DNA from: the human T2T-CHM13v2.0 reference genome, Homo sapiens | Length of the DNA: 64,000 nucleotides | Direction: 5' to 3' (one strand) | Assembly: GCF_009914755.1 (NCBI RefSeq) | Contig: NC_060932.1 | Shown: in pieces, positions 42,830 through 55,295 of the stretch | Position numbering within the stretch: position 1 is the first letter of the stretch | Layout: each line of letters begins with the position of its first letter | Program-made: the position numbers and the translations under genes | The notes under the pieces: model-generated | The model's database searches: none | Told to the model about the DNA's origin: nothing | What the model saw: only the letters and a program-made list of their open reading frames with translations

Positions 42830-42963
42830 ATGCAATGTCAGAGATGAAATGACTGGACATAAGTCTCTTGCTTTTTGTGACAACAAGTCTCTGAATATCT
42901 CCACCAGGCCTTCTCAGAATACATCATGCTTAAGTATCTGTTTGGTTTCCTCCACTTACTTCT

Positions 42964-43318
42964 TAATATGGTTTGGCTGTGTCCCCACCCAAATCTCATC
43001 TTGAATTCGCACATGTTGTGGGAGGGACCTGGTGGGAGTTAACTGAATCATGGGGGCAAGTCTTTCTTGTGTTGTTCTCCTGGTAGTGAATAAGTCTCAT
43101 GAGACCTGATGGTTTTAAAAAGAGGAGTTCTGCTGCACAAGTTCTCTCTTTGCTTGCTGCCATCCATGTAAGATGTGACTTGCTCCTCCTTGCCTTTTGC
43201 CATGATTGTGAGGCTTCCCCAGCCACGTGGAACTTTAAGTCCAATTAAACTTCTTTCTTTTGTAAATTGCCCAGTCTTGAGTATGTCTTTATCAGCAGCA
43301 TGAAAATGAACTAATACA
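42964..43318 (+). mobile_element. THE1A-like solo LTR
   Basis: TAATATGGTTTGGCTGTGTCCCC...CTAATACA; TSD CTTCT/GTTCT (4 of 5 match). Confidence 0.92.
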
Positions 43319-44305
43319 GTTCTGTATAGCACATAGAATGGATTGAGTAATATGAGAATGGACTGAAGTTGGTTAGGGCACAGTAATAGAGTGAGGGCTT
43401 CCAGCAGTATCATGACCGATGGGGAGATCATCCAGGTCAGCAGTGTCCATTTGGCCCCTGCAAAGCAAGTCTGAAAGTGGTAATGAGCTCCCTGTACACT
43501 CTGCTCCAGCTGGGTTGAGCTTTCACATGTTACAACATTTAGTCTGGCTCTCAGAGTTTCCTGAATAAAGTTTGTGTAGAAGACACTTATTCCAGACACA
43601 CAAATATGAGAGCTACCAACAACTCAGTCTTTCTACCCAAATAGGAAATCATTCAAGGCCAAATTGTTTTCTCCTATCTTTCACTCCTTTGGTTGCCATG
43701 TGATTACAACATGTATTTCTAAAGTGACAACTTCTTCCCAGGTGAAAGCAAACGAATAATAAGGCTTAAAGAAAGCAGTTCTCTGAAAATGAAGTACTAA
43801 AGGATCACATTCTTCTTTTTTCATGCAAATGAGGTCCTGTTGGAGCAGCAGAGCATTACTCAATAAATCATTTTGCACTCTTGAGCAGCCTGAATGCAGC
43901 TCTAATTCCGACACCACGGGACTGTTTAATTCAGCTCTAAGGAAATGGTACAGCTGGCTGAGCTTAGTACACACTTGAACATTGAACTTCTCCCTCCATT
44001 AGCGCACTTACCCTGTGCTGCCCCATGCTTTGCTTAGTTTTTAACTAAAATTCTATTACATCAAATTCCAGGATACTTGAGGGCAGGAACTAGGGTGGCA
44101 GTCAGAGTAAAGTAACACATTTAAAATAGCAATAGTTAATAGGATGTAACACGTGTTAAGCACTTTGAATTCATTATCTTATTTAAATTGTTGACACCAA
44201 CAATTGGATATTTATATAGTTATATACATATTCAAATGAGAAAACTAAATCTCGAAGAATTGTATATTTTAATTTCAGTTACATAGGTAGTAAAATATGA
44301 GTCAT

Positions 44306-44598
44306 GGCCGAGCATGGTGGCTCATGCCTGCAATCCCAGCACTTTCGGAGGCCGAGGCAGGCAGATCATGTGGTCAGGAGATTGAGACAATCCTGGCTAA
44401 CACAGTGAAACCCTGTCTCTACTAAAAATATAAAAAATTAGCTGGGTGTGGTGGCATGTGCCCATAGTCCTAGGTACTTGGGAAGTTGAGGCAGGAAACT
44501 CCCTTGAACCCAGGAGGTGTATGTTGCAGTGAGCCAAGATCACACCACTGCTCTCAAGCCTGGGTGACAGAATGAGACTCTGTCTCAAAAAAAAAAAA
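44306..44598 (+). mobile_element. Alu (AluSc/Y-like) inserted in a MIR
   Basis: Full dimer; TSD ATATGAGTCAT at 44295-44305 and 44605-44615. Confidence 0.94.
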
Positions 44599-46118
44599 GT
44601 ATATATATGAGTCATATTTGCATTGAGTTTATTTGACACCAGACCAGTTTATTATAAAAGACTATTTTCCCTGCCCAGAATCAGACACCATGTAACCCTC
44701 ACCACCCCTGCAAATGGGCTAGGCAGCTGTTATTGTTTATATTTGACAAATTTAAAAAAGATGCTAAATGAGGTATTTCAGATCCTTTACTGAGTAATGT
44801 AAGCTATATTTCAAAACAAATAATCTTTAATTAAGTAATTTCTACTATATTATGTCCAATAGGGATGATAACTGATAAAAAGCAAAATAATGGGATTTGC
44901 ATTTTAGAAATCTTAGATTGCAGCACATTGGACAAAACTTTGTCAGTGTTTACTCAACTTGTAAGTTGATTTTTACTGTAAAACAGTGAGATGCACATGA
45001 ACTTTTTTCTAATTTTTAAAGAAAAAAGTTCAGAGTAAAAATATTAACACAGAACAAAATCAATATATAATTAGAAAAAAATTATTTCAATATAATATTT
45101 TAAAAAAGAAGGCAAAATTGGCTTTCTACCAAATGTATTAAGTGAACAAAAGTTGTCAACTTTATCATCTCATGGTTCCGTGTATTAGATATAATTTGAA
45201 ATGTCTTTAGTTTGACCATTAAGAATTTACGGCTAGAGAGATTGGGAAATGCTTATCAATGTGGCAGAAGTAAATGCTAATGCCTGCCAAATTTAATGAT
45301 AAAGGGAAGCGGGATGAAAAATTTCCCAAATACTGGTAAAAAGTCTCATCCCTTCCTTTGTGGAGGTAGAATGGTGAAAGAGTGATACAATTTAATGTGA
45401 TATTTATTTATTTATTATATTTTTTAACTTTTATTTTAGGTTCAGTGGTACATGTGCAGGTTTTTATATAGGTAAACTGCATGCCACAGTGGCTTGGTAT
45501 ACAGATTATTTCATTACCCAGGTAATAAATATAATACTTGATAGGTAGTTTTTCGATCCTCACCCTCCTCTGACCCTCTATCCTCAAGTACATCCTGGTG
45601 TCCATTATTCCCCTCTTGGTGTCCATGTTTGACTCCCAATTATAAGTGAGAATATGCAGTGTTTGGTTTTCTGTTCCTGCATCAGTTTGCTTAGAAAGAT
45701 GGCCACCATCTCCATCCATGTTCCTGCAAAGGACATTATCGTGTTCTTTTTTATGGCTGCATAGTATTCCATGGCATACACATACCACATTTTCCTTACC
45801 TATTACACTGTTGATGGTCATCTAGGTTGATTCTATGTCTTTGCTATTGGGAATAGTGGTGTGATCAACGTACACATGCACGTTTCTTTATGGTAGAATG
45901 ATTTATCTTCCTTTACATATATACCCAGTAATGAGATTGCTGGGTAGAATGGTAGTTTCGTTTTAAGCTTTTTTAGAAATTGCCAAACTGTTTTCCACCA
46001 TGGCTGAGCTAATTTACATTCCCACCAGCAGCATTTAAGTGTTCCCTTTTCTCTGCCACCTTGCCAGCATCTGTTATTGACTTTTTATTAATAGCTCTGA
46101 CTGGTGTGATATGGTATC

Positions 46119-49100
46119 TGATATGGTTTGGCTGTGTCCCCACTTAATTGTAGCTTCCATAATTCCCATGTGTTGTGGGAGGGACCTGGTGAGAGGTAAT
46201 TAAATCATGGGGGCAGGTCTTTCCTGTGCTGTTCTTGTGATAGTGGATAAGTCTCCTGAGATCTGATAGTTTTATAAAGGGGAGTTCCCCTGCACATGCT
46301 TTCTTGCCTCCAACCATGTAAAACGTGACTTTTCTCTTCCTTCACCTTCTGCCATGACTGTGAGGCCTCCCTAGCCATGTGGAACTATGAGTCGATTAAA
46401 CATCTTTCCTTTATAAATTGCCCAGTCTTGGGTGTGTCTTTATTAGCAGCATCAAAACAGATTAATACAGTAAATTGGTACCAAGGTAGTGGGTGCTGCT
46501 GTAAAGCTATGCAAAAATGTGGAAGCATCTTTGGAACAGGGTAACAGGCAAAAGTTGGAGTAGTTTAGAGGGCTCAGAAGAAGAAAGGAAAATGTGGAAA
46601 AGCTTGGAACTTCCTAGAGGTTTGGAGGGCTCAGAAGACAGATGTGGGAAAGTTTGGAACTTCCTAGAGACTTGTTGAATGGCTTTGACCAAAATGCTGA
46701 TAGTGATATGGACAATGAAGTCCAGCCTGAGGTGGTTTCAGATGGCAATGAAACAGGAAAAGTTCTTTTATCGCCCTCACAGGGTGTGAGAAGGAGGTGT
46801 GGCTCCCTTCTTTGGTGTCCTGCTCCTCAAACCTCTCAGGGAAGCATGCAGATGGCAGGTACTGGGCCACGTGGGCTCATGGGCCACGTGGGCTCCGACC
46901 CCATGGCAGCATCTAGCGGTGAATGTTTACAGCTCCTGAAGCCCCAGTGGGCGTGTGGTACAGTTGCTCTTTTAGTTTTGCCATCTGTGGGTGGCTTGTG
47001 TTAATCAGCTCAATTAAACCCTCTGCCTTATGGCAAGGACAGAAGGCTTTCTGTATCCTGGGGTTGTTGCCTTGGTATATTGGAAAAATTGGATTACATG
47101 TGGGCTTGGAGAATGAGTGCAAGCTTTTATTAAATGGTGGCAGTAGCTCTCCCCAGATAGACGAGCCAGAAGAGGGTTTTTCCCTGGAGCCGGGCTGCTC
47201 AGCAGCTGAACTCACCTCCAACTGCCCCAGGCAAATTTCCCTCGGTGTCTGTGTGGTTCTGCTGGTCAATGGCCTGACAGCATCTGCTGGTGCCTTCCAG
47301 TGTGCTCCTATGCTACTCTGCTCCTCTTGATGTCCAGCCGCCTGTGTGCTCTCTGCCAATGGGTTCTTCACCACATCCAGCTGCTTGTGTCCAAGCCCAT
47401 GAGGGTCTTGGGGTTTTTACAGGCACAGGATGCAGGCATGGTAGGCCAGAGTGATCTTGGAAAATCCAACATTTGGGTGCAAAAACAGGAGTCTCTGTTC
47501 TTACCTAGGTCGGTGGGCACAGCCCAGAAGGTGGAGCCCTCTCCAGAGACCCTGCCCTTTTCTTTCCAGCACTTCCCTGCCCCTCTCCTGTATCAGAGAT
47601 GAGGAAGTTGTTGGGAACTGGAGTAAAAATGACTTTTGATATGCAAAGAGACAGGCAGCATTTTGCCCCTGCCCTAGTGGTGCATGGAACTTAGAAACTG
47701 AGAGAGATGGTTTAGGGTATCTGGCAGAAGAAATTTCTAAGCAGTAAAGCATTCAAGAGGAACCAGAGCATAAAAGTTTAGAAACTTTGCAGCCTGATGA
47801 TGCGATAGGAAACAAAACCCCATTTTCTGGGGAGATATTCAAGCCAGCTGCAGAAATTTGCATAAGTAATGAGAAGCCATATGTTAATCCCCAAGACAAT
47901 GGGGAAAATGTCTCCAGGACATGTCAGAGACCTTCACAGCAGCCCCTCCTATCACAGACCCAGAGGCCAAGGAGGAAAAAGTGGGTTTCCTGAGGAAAAA
48001 AATGAGTTTCCTGGGCCTGGCCTGGGGTCCCCTGCTGTGTGCAGCCTAGAGACTTTGTGCCCTGCATCCCAGCCACTCCAGCCATGGCTAAAAGTGTCCA
48101 AGGTACAGCTTGGGCCATGGCTTCAGAGTGTGCAAACCCCAAGCCTTGGCAGCTTCCCTGTGGTGTTGAACCTGTGGGTGCACAGAAGTCAAGAATTGAG
48201 GTTTGAGAACCTCCGCCTAGATTTCAAAGGATGTATAAAAATATCAGGATGTCCAGGCAGAAGTTTACCTGGGGTAGAGTCCTCATGGAGAACTAGGGCA
48301 GTGAGAAAGGGAAATGTGGAGTCAGAGCCCCCACACAGAGTCCCCAGTGGTGCACTGCCTAGAGGAGCTGTGAGAAGAAGGTCACCATCCTCCAGACACC
48401 AGAATGGTAGATCATCCAACAGCTCGCACCATGCACCTAGAAAAGCCACAAACACTCAACACTAGCCCATGAAAGCAGCTGGGAGTGGGGCTATACCCTG
48501 CCAAGCAAGCCACAGGGTGGAACTGACCAAAGTCATGGAAGGACCTCTTGCATCAGCATCTCCTGGATGTAAGACATGAAGTCAAAGAAGATCATTTTGG
48601 AACTTTAAAGTTTAATGACTGCCCTATTGGATTTTGGACTTGCATATGGCCTGTAGCCCCTTTGGTTTGGCCAATTTCTCCCATTTGGAATGGGTGTATT
48701 TACCTGATGCCTGTATCCTCATTGTATCTAGGAAGTAACTAACTTGTTTCTGATTTTACAGGCTTGTAGGCAGAAGGGACTTGCCCTGTCTCAGATGAGA
48801 CTTTAGACTGGGGACTTTTGTGTTAATGCTGAAATGAGTTAAGACCTTGGAGGACTTTTAGGAAGGCATGATTTGTTCTGAAATATGAGGACGTGAAATT
48901 TTGGAGGGGTCAGGAGTGTAATAATATGGTTTGGCTGTGTCCCCACCCAAATCTCATCTTGAATTGTAGCTCCAATAATTCTCATTTGTCATGGGAGGAC
49001 TCCAGTAAGAGGTAAATGAATCATGGGGGCGGGTCTTTCTCATGCTGTTCTTGTGATAATGAATAAGTCTCATGAGATCTGATGGTTTAATAAAGGGAAA

Positions 49101-49284
49101 TTCCCCTGCACAAGCTTTCTTACCTGCCACTGTTTAAGGTGGGCCTTTGCTCTTCCTTTGCCTTCTGCCATCATTGTGAGACCTCGTGAAGCATGTGGAA
49201 CTGTGAGTCAAGTAAACCTCTATCCATTATAAATTACTAAGTCTCAGTATATCTTTATTAGCAGCATGAGAATGGACGAATACA
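46119..49284 (+). mobile_element. THE1B provirus (LTR-int-LTR) inside the L1
   Basis: 5' LTR 46119-46469, internal 46470-48921 (interrupted at 46749-47595), 3' LTR 48922-49284; TSD GTATC/GTGTC. Confidence 0.94.
46749..47595 (-). mobile_element. ERV1 solo LTR (LTR1/HUERS-P2-like) inside THE1B-int
   Basis: Minus strand reads TGATACAGGAGAGGGGCAGGGAAGTGCTGG...CTTTTCCTGTTTCA; THE1 internal sequence resumes on either side ('tttcagatgg | gagatgaggaag'). Confidence 0.82.
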
Positions 49285-51393
49285 GTGTCATGGTGGTTTT
49301 GATTTGCATTTCTGTAATTATTAGCGATATGAAGCTGTTTTTCATATGCTTGTTGGCCACATGTACATCTTCTTTTGAAAAGTGTCTGCTCATATGCTTT
49401 GCACACTTTTTAATGGGGTTGTTGGTACTTTACTTGTTAATCTATTTATATTATTTAAATTTCCTACATATTAGGCCTTTGTTGAATGCATAGTTTGTAA
49501 ATGTTTACTCCCATTCTGTAAATTGTCTGTTTACTCTGTTGATAGTTTCTTTTGCTGTGCACATGCTGTTTAGTTTAATTCAGTCCATTTGCCAATTTTT
49601 GGTTTTGTTGCAATTGTTTTTGGAGTCCTCTTCATGAAATCTTTGCCAGGGCCCAGGTCCAGAATATTTCATAGATTTTCTTAGAGGTATTTTATAGTTT
49701 TAGGTTTTTCATTTAAATCTTTAATCCATCTTCTGTTGATTTTTGTATATGGTGTAAGAAAGGGGTCTGGTTTCAAGTAGCCAGTTATTCTAGCATTATT
49801 TATTGAATGGAGAGTCTTTTCCTCATTGCTGGTTTTTGTACACTTTGTTGAAGATCAAATGGATGTATGTGTATGTTTTTATTTCTGGGTTCTCTATTCT
49901 GTAACACTTATCCATGTGTCTGGTTTTGTACTAGTATCATGTTGTTTTGTAGCCTTGTACTATGGTTTGAAGTCAAGTAACAGGATGCCTCCAGCTTTGT
50001 TCTTTTTGCTTAGGATTACTTTGGCTATTCAAACTCTTTCTTGGTTCCATATAAATTTTAGAATAGCTTTTTCTAATTCTGTGAAAACGATCATTGGTAG
50101 TTGGATAGGACTAGCATTGAATCTGTACATTACTTTGGGCAGTATGGCCATTATAATAATACTGATTCTGTCTATCCATGAGCATGGAATGTTTTTCCAT
50201 TTTTGTTTGTCATCTCTGATTTCTTTCAGTAGTGTTTTGTAATTTATGTTGCAGGGATTTTTCACCTCCCTGGTTAGCTGTGCTCGTAGATATTTTGTGT
50301 GTGTGTGTACTTGGGTGTGTGTGTGTGGCTTTTGTAATTGGGATTGTGCTCTTGATTTGGCTCTCAGCTTTGATGTTGTTGGTGTATAGAATGCTTGTGA
50401 TTTTTATACAATGATTTTGTGTACATAAAGTTTGCTGAAGTTGTTTATTAAATGTAGGAGCTCTTGAGCAGAGACTATGGCGTTTTCTAGATATAAAATT
50501 ATATCATCTGTGAAGAGAGATAATTTGACTTTCTTTCTATTTGAATGCCTTTTATTTATTTCTCTTGCCTGATTGCTCTGGCTAGGACTTCCAGTAGTAT
50601 GCTGAATAGAAGTGGTGAGAGTGGGCATCCTTGTCTTGGTCCAGTTCTCGAGGGGAAAGCTTCTAGCTTTTGTCCGTAGAGTATGATGTTGACTGTGGGT
50701 TTTGTCATAGATGGCTTTTATTATTTTGAGTTATGTTCCTTTAACGCCTAGTTTATTGAGGGTTTTTAACATGAAGCGATGTTGAATTTTATCAGAAGCA
50801 TTTTCTACATCTATCGAGATAGATCTATTGAGATAGAGTTTTTTCTTTTAGTTCTGTTTATGTGATAAATCACATTTATTGATTTGAATATGTTGTATAG
50901 GAAGAATAAAGCCTACTTGGTCACAGTGAAATAGCTTTTTGATGTGCTACTGGATTCAGTTTGATAGTATTTTGTTGAGAAATTTTGCATCTATGTTCAT
51001 CAGGGTTATTGCCCTGATGTTTTCTATTTTTGTTATGTCTCTGCCAGGTTTGAGTATCAGAATGATGGTGGCCTCATAACATGATTTTAGGAAGAGTTGT
51101 TCCTTCTCAATTTTTTGGAATTGTCTCAGTAGAAATGGTACTAGCTCTTCATTATATATCTGATAGAATTTTGCTATAAATCTGTGTTGTCCTGGCTTTT
51201 TCTGCTTGGTAGTCTTTTTATTACTGATTCAATTTAGGAACTCATTATTCATCCATTCCGGGTTTTAATTTCTTTCTTGTTCAACCTTGGGAGATTGTAT
51301 GTTTCCAGGAATTTATCAATTTTTTTTAGGTTTTCTAGTTTGTGTGCATACAAACACTTATAATAGTCTCTGAGAGTTTTTGTATTTCTGTAA

Positions 51394-51756
<363 letters not shown>

Positions 51757-53071
51757 TTCATTATTAATTTAGCTAGCAGTCTATCAATCTTGCTGTTCTT
51801 TCAAACAACCAACTTCTGCTTTCAGTGACATTTTGTGTGGTTTTTCACATCTCAATTTCATTCAATTCAGCTCGGATTTTGGTTATTTCTTTTTTTCTGC
51901 TAGCCTTGTGGTTGGTTTGCTCTTGTTTTTCTAGTTCCTCCAAATGTCATGTTAGGTTTTTCATTGGAAATCTTTCTAACTTCTTGATGCAGGTGTTTAG
52001 CACTATAGACTTCCCTCTTACCACTGCTTTAGCTATGTCTCAGAGATTTTGGTATGTTGTATCTTTATTTTCATTAGTTTCAAGAATTTTTTGATTATTG
52101 CCTTAATTTCATTGTTTACCCAAAATTCATTCAGGAACAGGTTGTTTAACTTCCATGTATTTTGTATGATTTTATGAATCTTCTTAGTATTGCTTTTTAC
52201 TTTTATTGTGCTAATATCTCAAAGTGTGGTTGGTATGATTTTGATTTTTTGAATTTACTGAAAAGTTGACAGTTATTTTACGGCCTATGATATGATCGAT
52301 TTTAGAGTATCTGCCATGTGCAAATGAGAAGAATATATATTCTGTTGTTTGGGGGTGGAGAGTTCTGTAGATATCTGTTAGGTCTATTTGGTCGAGTGTC
52401 AAGTTGAGGTTTCGAATATCTTCATTAGTTTACTGCCTCAAAGATCTGTCTAATGCTGTCAGTGGGGTGTTGAAATCTTCCACTATTTTAATGTGATCTT
52501 CTAAGTCTTTTTGTAAATTTCTAAGAACTTGTTTTATGAATCTGGATGCTATTGTATTGGGTGCATATTTATATCATACTTTTTTTTTTTTTTTTGGTAT
52601 TTAGGCTAAGAGTTCTAGATTGTATGTCCAAAATGTCACCACTGAAACAATTTAGAAATTGTAATGCTTAGGAATTAAAGTAGCTATTGATAAAGAATCA
52701 ATTCCAGTTAGTAGTCCAGACAATGAAAGTAGATATCATGAAAATTATAGAAAAGAATCAGAAAATATATGCCTTTCTTGAAGTAAGTCTGAAACTGAAT
52801 GACTAGATAAGAAAATACTATTTTTATTACCAGGTGTTTGTTAAGCTACATAGAAGGTAGAAAAACATTCTGAAAAAGAGTTAAAAAATGTGAAATACTT
52901 TGAGGAGAACATCAAGGATTTCAAGGTCGATAGGATAATGAATTGGACAAGGTAGATTTTTGATTTTACACACAATGTGAAGAAATAAGAGTCAGATTGC
53001 TGAGGCAGTACACTAACATTTGCAGTTTACTTCAACTCTTCTCTTCCCAAATGACCTGTCATTCTTAAAGT

Positions 53072-53275
53072 AGTATTTTGCAATGGAACTTTCTGTACTG
53101 ATGAGGATATTTTGTATCAGTGTTACAAAATATGATAGCTGTAGCCACATGTGGCTTTTGAACTAATGAAATATGGCTAGTGTAACTATGAAGCTAAATT
53201 GTCAATTTTATTTAATTTAAATACATTTAAATGTAAATAACTGCAAGTGGCTAGTAACTATATTTAAAGCTCTGG
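53072..53275. mobile_element. MER3-like hAT-Charlie DNA transposon
   Basis: 'gaactttctgtactgatgagga...tagccacatgtggc...atggctagtgtaact...gtggctagtaacta'. Confidence 0.75.
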
Positions 53276-53449
53276 GAGGTATAGGAGTATACTAGCATAC
53301 TAACTAAAATGCCCAGATCTATAGTTTTCAATCTCCCAGTGATTTTATCTAAAATATCTGAATAGAAGAAAAAAACAATAAACAAGATAGGAAGAAGTAA
53401 TTGAGGAGGAATACTTTTTTCTGAATTCTGACTGTCAAGTACTCTATGT

Positions 53450-54139
53450 CCCTGACAAAAAAGAAACAAAACCCACTCTAAAGAAAGAAAAACATAGTAA
53501 GTCTCAAGTTAATATCATAAACAATTTAGTTAATACACTATCTAGATATGGATAAAAATAATTGGGCACACATAGGGAGATATTCAATATGGTAAAAATA
53601 AAATTAAAGTGAAAGAAAATACCTAGCAGAAAGAATACAAAATACAAATAGACTGGCAGGCTATAGATACTTATATTGTGACACACACAATTTAAATAAA
53701 AAATACTTACCATTTCCAAAAAGATAATAGAGACAAGATTAAGCATTTAGGCAGAGGGTTACAAAATATACATTTCTAAAAGGAGACTTTTTTTACAGTG
53801 AAAAGTAAAATAATGAAATTATTTACTTCTTTTACAGATTAAAAGTAAAATAATGAATTTTTAAAAGCCAATAGATTTGTTTTACTGTGCTTTAGACTCT
53901 ACTGAATAGAGAATTAATTAATTAAATTTTAGAATAAAAGAAATTATTTAGGTTGAAACACAAAACACTAAAATGAATGAAAAATACAGAAGAGAAGGAA
54001 AGGGGGAAAAGTGAGAAATTCTAAGATTCATACAGTTTGATTTGTAGAAATAGAATTGTAGAAAAGCAAAAATATTGCAGAAGCAATGTTTGAAGACATA
54101 GTGTTTATCTTAGTTCCATATGTATATATATGGAACTTG

Positions 54140-54196
<57 letters not shown>

Positions 54197-54560
54197 GCAT
54201 ATATACATATATATATATATACACACACACACACATATATATATATCTCCAAGCTACAGATTCAGAAGATCTACAGACCCCAAGCCAAATAAATAAAAAG
54301 AAAATAAGACTTGAATAGATCATAGTAAAACTGCTAAATAACAATTTTTAAATGTGTTAAAAGCAACCAATTTTTTAAAGTACAGATAATCGCTAAAGGT
54401 GTAATACTGAAATTAACTGCTGAATTTTCAAGAGATAATGCATATCATAAGAGAATAGAAAAACATTTTAAAATTAGAAAAAAAAATTGCCAATTTAGAA
54501 TTCTATGCACTTTGAAAATATATTTCATGAATAAAGATAAATGTAGCCATATTTATACAT
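53450..54560 (+). mobile_element. old L1M ORF1-region fragment
   Basis: 'cagattcagaagatctacagaccccaagccaaataaataaaaagaaa...atcatagtaaaactgc' resembles degraded L1M ORF1. Confidence 0.6.
54143..54246. repeat. compound (AT)n/(AC)n microsatellite
   Basis: Approximately (AT)20(AC)7GC(AT)3AC(AT)7(AC)7(AT)6. Confidence 0.95.
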
Positions 54561-54611
54561 ATGTGTATAAAACAAAATATCTAATTTGCACATGTATGTT
54601 TAGTAAAACTG

Positions 54612-54917
<306 letters not shown>

Positions 54918-55010
54918 CGTTATGTTGATATCACATTTTCTGCTCTTTTACTATAGGGGAAATTGAGAAAGTTACTGAGATTAGGAAGAATCTGTATCCT
55001 CAAACTCTTT

Positions 55011-55295
55011 TTTTTTTTTTTTTTTTTTTTGAGATGGAGTCTCTCTCTGTTGCCCAGGCTGGAGTGCAGCGGCGCAATCTCGGCTCACTGCAAGCTCCGC
55101 CTCCTGGGTCCAGGCCATTCTCCTGCCTCAGCCTCCTGAGTAGCTGGGACTACAGGCGTCCGCCACCACGCCCAGCTAATTTTTTTGTATTTTTAGTAGA
55201 GACGGGGTTTCACCGTGTTAACCAGGATGATCTTGATCTCCTGACCTCGTGATCCGCCTGCCTCGGCCTCCCAAAGTGAGCCCCCGCGCCCGGCC
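55011..55295 (-). mobile_element. AluY with 17-bp deletion
   Basis: Antisense dimer; TSD CCTCAAACTCTTT at 54998-55010 and 55297-55309; 'ccaaagtg^agccc' lacks CTGGGATTACAGGCGTG. Confidence 0.95.

Noticed and set aside
43048-43599. 183-aa minus-strand ORF
   Set aside because: Half is antisense THE1A LTR, the start is non-ATG and no domain is recognisable.
46913-47374. Overlapping 153-aa and 135-aa ORFs
   Set aside because: Chance open frames within the GC-rich LTR1-like element.
47869-48465. Longest ORF in the track (198 aa)
   Set aside because: Lies entirely in THE1B internal sequence; no splice or promoter support and no recognisable host protein.
52579-52595. Poly(T) run next to the L1 5' truncation
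   Set aside because: No TSD or recognisable retrocopy body follows; treated as a mononucleotide run.
54028-54344. ORFs with IY/TH/CV repeats
   Set aside because: Microsatellite translations.
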